64,000 bases of DNA. Source: a virus. A model generated the notes under the pieces. That model saw only the letters and a program-made list of their open reading frames with translations. It ran no database searches and was not told where the DNA came from. Positions 50,167 to 57,958 of this stretch are shown here, piece after piece. The stretch spans positions 3,504 through 67,503 of the IMG/VR virus record IMGVR_UViG_3300031576_000035; one strand, given 5' to 3'. Position numbers and translations under genes: made by a program. The stretch's first letter is position 1. Each line of letters starts with the position of its first letter.

Positions 50167-50843
50167 CTAATCGATAGCAGCATCAACTGGACATTCTTCG
50201 CGTCCCTGCGGCACGGATTGCGGCGTGCGATACTTCTCCGCTCGATCCCAGTCCGGTTCCAGGACGAAGCCATGCAGTACATCGCCGCCCTCGATGACCG
50301 GAGGTTCAAACCTCTGTCTGCACCTGGCAGCCGCATTGACAAGTACCTCCAGCACCACGGAGCCGTTATCGCGAAGTAGCTGAACCATGAAAATCATCGG
50401 TGCATCTCCTCTTCCGCAAGCGCTATCGCTGCACGCGGCAGTTCCGTTGCTATCGCGTCAAACCGACGTCGCCATTCTAGGGTACCGCGACAGTCCACGA
50501 CTGGACCGACAGCACTTTCCTCTTCAGCGGTCAATCGCCGCCGCAGGTGAAAGCCATAACCCGTGTACTCCTCCCACTCATGCAGCCTGTCGCCAACGCC
50601 AGCGAGATGAATCAAGGCGACATTGCGAAGATAGAGTATGCTAACTCGATTCTTCCCGTAAGGAGCGACCGAGGCGTGCCACACGGACCCACCAAAACCC
50701 TGGTCAATTCATTCGTACCCCGAATTCACCGTCAGAACCACGCTGACCTTGCCACCTGAATCCAGATAAGAAAACTTGCGTTGCGCTGTCTCGAAGGCGA
50801 AACGGCAGTGGTTCTCCAGAGCCATCTGCTGATGTGTGTTCAT
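50167..50843 (-). CDS. three small genes inside the terL interruption (50167-50397, 50394-50684, 50709-50843)
   Basis: Short ORFs, two of them ATGA-coupled to the preceding stop. Confidence 0.5.
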
Positions 50844-51709
50844 TGGTGCATTTCCTCTCGGTGTGCCTCGTAGAACGCCCTGGCCGTGGCCTCCCTGTCC
50901 GGATCCTCCCAGTCCATAAGGAGCGTCTCCCACTCGGCCCACAAATCCATCCGCTCTGGCCACTCGATGATCGACCGCCACAGCCTGCTCTCCCAACCGG
51001 CTGTAGTCTGTAGTTTACAGACTATCGCCTCGCGGTGCAACGCTGTTCCCAGTACGACAATGTTGGTTATTGGCGACCCGGCATTGCAGACATCCCTGGT
51101 GATCCATTCCCAGGACCGCAATCGCTTCGTTGGGCTGACGATGTGTTCCAGGTTCTGCGGGTCATCGACGATGATCAGGGACGGCCGATTCTGCCGGTGC
51201 TTGCGGCCGCGCACTTTCATACCCGTGCCGAGAGCCGCGATGACGACGCCATTGGCCAGGCGGATCTTGTCGTGACGCCACACCGGCCCCTTGCCCGCGA
51301 CGTGCGGGTAGTCACGACGCAGCCGCTCGTTGCCTTCCAGTTCGGCCTTGATGGCATCCAGGAACAGCGACGCTTGCTCACCTGTGTCCGAGGTGAGCAC
51401 GATGTACGGCTCGCGGCCGTGAACGGCACAGTAAAGCGGGTAGGCCGTCGTGCTCCAGGTGCTCTTGGCCGCTCCGCGCGGCGCCACCACATTGACACGA
51501 GAGCCGCGTTCGGCATCGAGCCGCGTCAACCGCGCGGCCAGCCAGATGTGAAACTCCGAGGACGGCTTCGTGAAGTGATGGCCGAGGTAATAGTTGGCCC
51601 ACTGGAAGAGGTCGTCCGAGTGCTTCGGCGTGCTACTCGGCCGACTCTTCAGCGCCTCTAATTCGGTCAATCTGTTCTGGAGGCGGCGTAGAATTGGGGG
51701 GCAGAACAC
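50840..51709 (-). CDS. terL: terminase large subunit, N-terminal ATPase part (start uncertain)
   Basis: Walker A APRGAAKST, Walker B LIIVDD, coupling motif GTA. Confidence 0.9.
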   Translation of the reverse strand: MFCPPILRRLQNRLTELEALKSRPSSTPKHSDDLFQWANYYLGHHFTKPSSEFHIWLAARLTRLDAERGSRVNVVAPRGAAKSTWSTTAYPLYCAVHGREPYIVLTSDTGEQASLFLDAIKAELEGNERLRRDYPHVAGKGPVWRHDKIRLANGVVIAALGTGMKVRGRKHRQNRPSLIIVDDPQNLEHIVSPTKRLRSWEWITRDVCNAGSPITNIVVLGTALHREAIVCKLQTTAGWESRLWRSIIEWPERMDLWAEWETLLMDWEDPDREATARAFYEAHREEMHQ

Positions 51710-52091
51710 CGGCGGCCTCCAGTGCCTTTGTCAGAGCGTCAACTCGCCTGATCAGTTCCTTGATAGCGTCCTTGTCATCAGCCCAGTAGTTGCTGAACTT
51801 GCGGCCGAGCCACCAGCGAATGTGCTTGGCGTCCGCCATGCCCTGGCGAAGCACCTCGATCACCATTTCGGTGTGGGCCTCTTGCTCAGCCTGGCGCAGC
51901 GCCTGAGACAGTTCGTAATAGACACCTTTAGTATCTTTATTGCCGCGCTGCATCCACTTGCGCCAGGTGCCAATTTTGACACCGCAGGCCACGGCGGACG
52001 GTTCGCGATAGTTGCCACGGCGGACAAGATCGACGATCTTGGCGCGAAGTTCATCGGTCAATTGTAGTTTCGGCCCGCCGCCGTGAGCCAT
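51633..52091 (-). CDS. terS: terminase small subunit
   Basis: N-terminal HTH, W.L.RK...W motif, directly upstream of terL. Confidence 0.7.
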   Translation of the reverse strand: MAHGGGPKLQLTDELRAKIVDLVRRGNYREPSAVACGVKIGTWRKWMQRGNKDTKGVYYELSQALRQAEQEAHTEMVIEVLRQGMADAKHIRWWLGRKFSNYWADDKDAIKELIRRVDALTKALEAAGVLPPNSTPPPEQIDRIRGAEESAE

Positions 52092-52230
52092 CCGTAGCCT
52101 CATTCGAAGAAAGGCGAGTATGAGGACGAATCCCGGTCCCATACTCGCCCAGTAAGAACCAGCGATTTAGCTAGCGATCGCTGATAGAGATATTGTACGA
52201 GTGACAAGGAGGTGAACAAGGCTGAGACGA

Positions 52231-52264
52231 CAACACCCGGCGAGTGTCACTTTGCCGGGTGTTG
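52231..52264. promoter_or_regulatory. strong hairpin upstream of the late operon
   Basis: CAACACCCGGC...GCCGGGTGTTG inverted repeat. Confidence 0.4.
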
Positions 52265-52353
52265 CCTACCGTCCAGGTCTGCTCCCGAGTTGCCCAAGCA
52301 CGGGAGCAATGATGAAGGAACACGCGTCAGTGTACCGTGGCGAGCGCGGAACG

Positions 52354-53016
<663 letters not shown>

Positions 53017-53022
53017 GCTTCC

Positions 53023-53285
53023 TCCCTAGTGACTCCTTTTTATCGTCGTCGGCGCCGGCCCCCAGTGACTCCACAGCAGTCTGACACAAACCCCGTCAAT
53101 CCCCCCCAGTGACTCCGTATCAGGTGGAGTCACTCCGGGACCGACCACGGCCTCAAGAGAGTTGGTCAGGGTGACCCCCAGTGACTCCGTATCAGGTGGA
53201 GTCACTCCGGGGGCTGCGACCGTCCACACAGCGTCTGACCGTCCACCACCCCCAGTGACTCCGTATCAGGTGGAGTCACTCCGGG
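53023..53285 (-). CRISPR. mini CRISPR array: 3 identical 37-nt repeats plus 2 truncated repeats
   Basis: Repeat CCCGGAGTGACTCCACCTGATACGGAGTCACTGGGGG at 53249-53285, 53175-53211 and 53103-53139; unique spacers of 37 and 35 nt; half repeats at 53059-53072 and 53023-53036. Confidence 0.85.
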
Positions 53286-53450
53286 GGCCGTGGCTGTAAG
53301 GCCAATATCCCCAGCGTCTTAAGCGGCTTTACCCGAGAGCCTGCGGACGGCAAGCGAACCGAGGCCGGATGGGTCTTGGCGCGGGGCGGCGCCATGTTGG
53401 TTCAGATCAAGCATTTCTGTCTCCGCGAGCGGTTCCCGTGTTTTCGTCCA

Positions 53451-53822
53451 TCACCGCGCCGTTCGCTGGCTGCGAACGGCTTCCAGTTCCGCCAGCAGTT
53501 CCTGTTCCCGCTGTGCGAGTGCGAGCAGATCCTGATCCACTCCCCACTCCGCATCGAATTCGGCCAGCACAACCTCCTTCCCCTTGTGGCCGTAGCGCAT
53601 TTGGAACTCGGCCGTTCTCAGAGTCAGGCTGATAGCACGTACGGCCGCCGAACCGATCTTGTGGCCAACCTTCTCGGTCATGATGTCTGAACAGAGCGCC
53701 GAGCCAAACTGGCAGACATCCCTGGTCGTACGCAAACCCCTGGATGCGATCTCGACGCTTTGCGGCGCCTGATCATACGCGCTATCATTCGGAACTTCTC
53801 TCTCAAGCGTTGCAAGTGGCAT
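53451..53822 (-). CDS. 123-aa helical protein between effector and array
   Basis: GAGGAG RBS, overlaps the effector stop; C-terminal coiled coil. Confidence 0.6.
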   Translation of the reverse strand: MPLATLEREVPNDSAYDQAPQSVEIASRGLRTTRDVCQFGSALCSDIMTEKVGHKIGSAAVRAISLTLRTAEFQMRYGHKGKEVVLAEFDAEWGVDQDLLALAQREQELLAELEAVRSQRTAR

Positions 53823-55011
53823 TCTGGGTACACTCCTCATCTCCAGATGTTGTACCAGCCGCCGTGAGCACAATACCCACGGCATCCAGTTTGTAGGACA
53901 GCTTCGTTCTCAGTTCATGCCAGGGGAAGCTGCCCAGGTAACCCTGACACGAATCATCGTAGATGACCTCGCCGACATGGCGGCGTTGAGCGTACTGCAC
54001 CAACTGCGCCGTGACCATGTGGATCCAGGTCGTGAGACGGTTGCGCCACTTCTCGCAGCGCAATTCTCTGGATTTGTTCAGGTTGTGCCGGACGCGTCGC
54101 GGCCAGCGCATCTCGGCTTTCGTGTCCTCGCTGATGCGTTGCAAGTAGGCACGATGCTCGCCACACCAGCGCTGCACATGATCCGCGTTGACGATCCACG
54201 GACTGTGGCCTTCGAGTTCGACAACCCAGAAGGCACAGGGATCCGTCCGCACCAGCAACGTATGTTGGCGTTCGGCAACCGCAGGTCGCGGCAGCCAGCC
54301 GACGAGATCGACCATGATGTGCTTCTTGCTGCCCTGGCGGCGCAGACGCAACTCGCAACGCATGTCCGGGTGTGCTGCCAGGAAGTCAAACGCTGCCAAC
54401 TGGCGGCGAAATTCCCTGCCAGAGCGCAGTCGTAAATCGAAGGCCGTTCCCCCCAGCGTGACTGTCAGCACCGGCTGGCGGTCGCGGCGTTCGATGCCCC
54501 AACAATCGTTGTGGACCGGGAACGGATACGGGTAGCGAAAGCGGCTGGCGCTGGCATCATGCAGCCAGATAATGTTCTTGCGCACCGCCGCGTACTTCTT
54601 GCGCACCGCGCGAAAGATACACTGCGCCGACGATTTCATGCCGTCCCATTCAGCCCACTGCGGATATCCACCATGCGCCGCTCCAGCGAGGCCGTAGAGA
54701 TAGATGCCACCCTTGCGATCCGGCGGCAATGGTGGCAACTTCTCCATTGCTAGCGTCCGCACCACGTCATGCTTGATCAGTTCGCACATCGACCAGTTGG
54801 CCAGGCTCGTCGAGAGCCCCCAGGACTGGTTGAGTGCCTGACAGAATTCCTGCCAGGACACGCCAATAGCCTCCGCCACGGAGAAGGCGACGCTGCGCAC
54901 GACGTAGCGTGTGTGCCAACAATCGCCGCACAGGATGGTGTCATCCTGCCGCTTCCACCCCGAGGGGAGGCGGGTGGCGTCCTTGGAGGTTTGACATGAG
55001 GAGCAAATCAT
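53803..55011 (-). CDS. Cas12f/TnpB-derived protein, apparently nuclease-dead and C-terminally truncated
   Basis: N-terminal CxxC..CxxC; RFRYPYPFPV; NRLTTWIHMVTAQLVQYAQRRHVGEVIYDD and FPWHELRTKLSYKLDAVGI match the bridge-helix/RuvC-II region; RuvC-I reads LLVRTD; no Zn finger or RuvC-III. Confidence 0.75.
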   Translation of the reverse strand: MICSSCQTSKDATRLPSGWKRQDDTILCGDCWHTRYVVRSVAFSVAEAIGVSWQEFCQALNQSWGLSTSLANWSMCELIKHDVVRTLAMEKLPPLPPDRKGGIYLYGLAGAAHGGYPQWAEWDGMKSSAQCIFRAVRKKYAAVRKNIIWLHDASASRFRYPYPFPVHNDCWGIERRDRQPVLTVTLGGTAFDLRLRSGREFRRQLAAFDFLAAHPDMRCELRLRRQGSKKHIMVDLVGWLPRPAVAERQHTLLVRTDPCAFWVVELEGHSPWIVNADHVQRWCGEHRAYLQRISEDTKAEMRWPRRVRHNLNKSRELRCEKWRNRLTTWIHMVTAQLVQYAQRRHVGEVIYDDSCQGYLGSFPWHELRTKLSYKLDAVGIVLTAAGTTSGDEECTQNATCNA

Positions 55012-55028
55012 GGACTACTCCAATGTTT

Positions 55029-55925
55029 TCAGACTCCACACATTCCCTGGCACTCCTCGTTCATGCCATGAGGATTGCCTGTTCCGCCTCCAAAATCAAC
55101 CATATCCAAAGGGATAAGCGACCCGTGCAGGAATGGCAGGCCGACGAGTCGGCCTGCCAAGCGATCTGCATGGTCATTCTGCCCGGCTGCGGGACGCAGC
55201 CGGGCAGAATGATCGAACGCCACGGCATCAGCGAACTCTTCGGGACGATTCGCTTTCATGTCAGCCCACTCTTTATCATTGTGGAACGGACATCCGATAC
55301 ATGCAGATCGCGGCGGCTTCGGATAACCATGTTCCGCTAGCCAGTCCAGACAATCTTGTCTGTCAAATCCTCTACCGAAGAGCGTGTCCCGCACAGGTGA
55401 TTGCACATCATACACGAGCGGGTAGCGAAATTGCACCCACGGCTGCGTACTGGTCCGTCCCCGATGTGCGAACTCCTCCGCCGAGATGCCAAACCACTGT
55501 TCCACGACAACCTCTTTCGGAGCGCGTTGTCGTGGCCGCAACCCAAGTATCTCGCGCTTGATAAACCGCTCGATCGGATCAATCTTGTACGTACCAGTGC
55601 ATTGCCGGCGAATCAGGCCACGCGAACCGTCCGGATTCTTGACGAACATGGGGATGGAAGCGTGTCTCTTGCCGTCGCCACTGACGCGTTCCTGGCGAAA
55701 ATCGAGCGCGTCCTGACGCAGGTTGCCTGCGGTAACGCTATACACGGGGATACCGTGCGCTTCAGCGTAACTGGCTAAAAAATCAAGGTGCTTGTACACT
55801 CCTTCTGGTTCCCATTGAGTATCCGCAAAAATTGCATGATCAAGTTTCGGCAAAACCCCAGCGCATGACATCAGAAGTACACAGGACGATTGAACCCCAG
55901 CGCCCAAGGATAGGATGCGGATCAT
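55029..55925 (-). CDS. PAPS-reductase-like (PP-loop) phage protein
   Basis: ILSLGAGVQSS, IFADT.WE, RQCT..YKI.PI, RSACIGCPFH, EECQGMC. Confidence 0.75.
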   Translation of the reverse strand: MIRILSLGAGVQSSCVLLMSCAGVLPKLDHAIFADTQWEPEGVYKHLDFLASYAEAHGIPVYSVTAGNLRQDALDFRQERVSGDGKRHASIPMFVKNPDGSRGLIRRQCTGTYKIDPIERFIKREILGLRPRQRAPKEVVVEQWFGISAEEFAHRGRTSTQPWVQFRYPLVYDVQSPVRDTLFGRGFDRQDCLDWLAEHGYPKPPRSACIGCPFHNDKEWADMKANRPEEFADAVAFDHSARLRPAAGQNDHADRLAGRLVGLPFLHGSLIPLDMVDFGGGTGNPHGMNEECQGMCGV

Positions 55926-56152
55926 GATCTCTCTCCTTGTGGCCAGACATCGTTGCGATGGCGTTCGAGCATAGCGATCCAGCAACCGTCAGGTGCAAGA
56001 CGACAGCTTCCGCCGGCCCGCTTCCATCTGGAGTCGGACACCAGGAGCCAACGCCATACTCCACGACACGCAGCATCGGCCTTTGGGACAGATCCACCGG
56101 AATGCGGTTAGCAGGCGGAAGGCTCCTGTCTCTACGATTACGGCTCATTGGT

Positions 56153-56458
56153 TCATTCCTCCAGTATTTCTCGGATCTCATTCCAGTCTTCCGGCCTCCA
56201 TACCACAGCCAGCACGCCAGCCTCGTTAAACGCTCGCAGCCAGGCATCCTGTTCCGGCGTCGTCTTGTTGCGGCCGACTTTCAGTTCGGCCATAACGACT
56301 CTTTCTCTGACAAGCACAAGATCAGGGAATCCTGCATCCCCTTGCACCGCTGTCCGCCAGCCGCCGCGAGCCGTGCGACCTGGACGGAAATGTGAGACTC
56401 TCCAATGGTAGAGTCGCGCCAGCTGGATCACCTGGGACAAGAATTCAGCTTCGGTCAT
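56153..56458 (-). CDS. VRR-NUC nuclease
   Basis: GFPDLVLVR..AELK...TPEQ..WL...VWRP. Confidence 0.85.
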   Translation of the reverse strand: MTEAEFLSQVIQLARLYHWRVSHFRPGRTARGGWRTAVQGDAGFPDLVLVRERVVMAELKVGRNKTTPEQDAWLRAFNEAGVLAVVWRPEDWNEIREILEE

Positions 56459-56702
56459 GCTTCGAATCCTGGCAAAGTGCGCCGCCTCTCCCCAGAGGCG
56501 GCGCCCCAGCACGAGGAGAGTCCCGTTCCTTTCCGTCAGGCGGACGGCCAGTTACCAGAGCCAGCGGCCGGCCATCCACAAGGCCGATGGCTCGAAATCG
56601 TTCCAGGATTGATCAGGACACATTTGAACTGCCTGGACGGCTCAAGGCTGGTCCCTGGCTTTCGCGAACAGTCCTGGCTCGTCTGAGGCGTCCCCGTTGG
56701 CA

Positions 56703-57242
56703 TCAGCGCGGCGGCAGGTGCTTAACCTTAGCCGCACACGCCGACGCAAATCGAGCTAGGTCATCTTTGTACAGGCCGTTGCGTTCGACGACCTCTCTGA
56801 ACTCCTCGAGGTCGTGCTTGCGGATCCGCCAAACTGGCCGGCAGCGTTCGTCTTCCAGCTGGTCGCCAGTCTCGGGATCGAGAGCGGCGGCGCAGTGACA
56901 GAGTTCGTGATCGACAAGAGCGCGGCGCTGAAGTGGTTCCAGGTGCGTCCAGGCCACCTCGTTCAACAGGATCACGAAATCCCAATCACGCAACTCGCGG
57001 TCGAAGTCGCTGGCCTTCTTGGCCTTGCCAAGGACGCGCTCCTCGTCCTTGTCTGGCTTCCAGCCGCGCGCCCAGACGACGCAAATGCGTGCCTCGACCA
57101 GGTGCGCATGATGCGCGGCCGTCAGCTGGCCAGTTTGGCGGTACGGCTCGGGGACACTGCCATCCGGTTCTTCCGGCGGCAGGAACGTGTACGGGATGCG
57201 CTTCGGCGGTTTCGGTGCTTTGGGTTTACCTTTGCGTGCCAC
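56703..57242 (-). CDS. putative phage metallopeptidase
   Basis: ALVDHELCHC, RKHDLEEF.EVVERNG. Confidence 0.75.
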   Translation of the reverse strand: MARKGKPKAPKPPKRIPYTFLPPEEPDGSVPEPYRQTGQLTAAHHAHLVEARICVVWARGWKPDKDEERVLGKAKKASDFDRELRDWDFVILLNEVAWTHLEPLQRRALVDHELCHCAAALDPETGDQLEDERCRPVWRIRKHDLEEFREVVERNGLYKDDLARFASACAAKVKHLPPR

Positions 57243-57387
57243 GTTTCTACTCCCAGGTGCCTCGACACGTCACAGTATCACTATAGACGCAGTCAGGTTG
57301 GCATGGCAAGGCGAGCGCCGCATTTTCTCATATTTGAGAAAAAGAAGAATAACTAAGAGGCCGATAATAAATGTGTACATGTGTGAG

Positions 57388-57810
57388 CAACGGACGGAGC
57401 GGACGGAGCGGACGTCGATTCTGGTATAGACGGCTACCTGCGCTCGCGCAATAAGCGCCAATGTCAAAATCGACGTCCGCTCCGTCCGCTCCGTCCGTTG
57501 TTTTTGTAATAGATCGTCTCATTCTTGGACAAAATTGAGACAATCTGTCACACTAAGTAGCAGGTGTACGCATTGGTAAGACGTTGTCATACCAATTTTG
57601 CGTGTTGTCTTGTATCCCTGTGTCGCGGCCATCGGCAACCATTCTTGATGCCAGGCCAGAGAACCACGCACCACCAGAACTACATGTACATTTGTGATCC
57701 CGTGGCGTATTGTGGCGTGACTTCCTGAGACTATTGTTACTGCGCTTGCGCGGGAGCGCAGTCTCAGAAAATAAGCCACAATACGCCACGGGATCACAAA
57801 TGTACATGTA
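57388..57810. repeat. two long perfect inverted repeats, probable replication origin
   Basis: 33-bp arms 57388-57420 / 57468-57500 and 36-bp arms 57681-57716 / 57775-57810 in AT-richer non-coding DNA after the primase. Confidence 0.8.
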
Positions 57811-57958
57811 TAGAAATACAAGTAATATCCGGTTTTTCCCTGAGAATATTGCAATAAATCTACTACGAAAGTTGTGGCTGAATGGAAAAGAAGAGACGTT
57901 GTAAGACTTTGTCTTACAACGTCTTCATCCTGTTCCGTCGTGTCTTCTGGAAGGTTTC

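Noticed and set aside
48830-50840. Self-splicing intron or intein in terL
   Set aside because: The insert is packed with ordinary coupled genes, has stops in the terL frame, and shows no group I/II core or intein termini
53026-53229. 67-aa ORF with repeated PGVTPPDTESLG
   Set aside because: It is just the translation of the CRISPR repeats
53023-53285. Array as a TIGR-type array linked to the IS110/Nop-like protein
   Set aside because: It has one 37-nt palindromic repeat with 35-37 nt spacers, a classical CRISPR layout, and sits beside the Cas12-like gene, about 9 kb from IS110
53803-55011. Ordinary IS200/IS605 TnpB transposon
   Set aside because: No TnpA or element ends seen, the catalytic C-terminus is missing, and it is embedded in a phage operon with an array
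57388-57810. Protelomerase (telRL) site or MITE ends
   Set aside because: The arms are separated by 47-58 nt loops rather than being contiguous palindromes, and no protelomerase or matching transposase was seen
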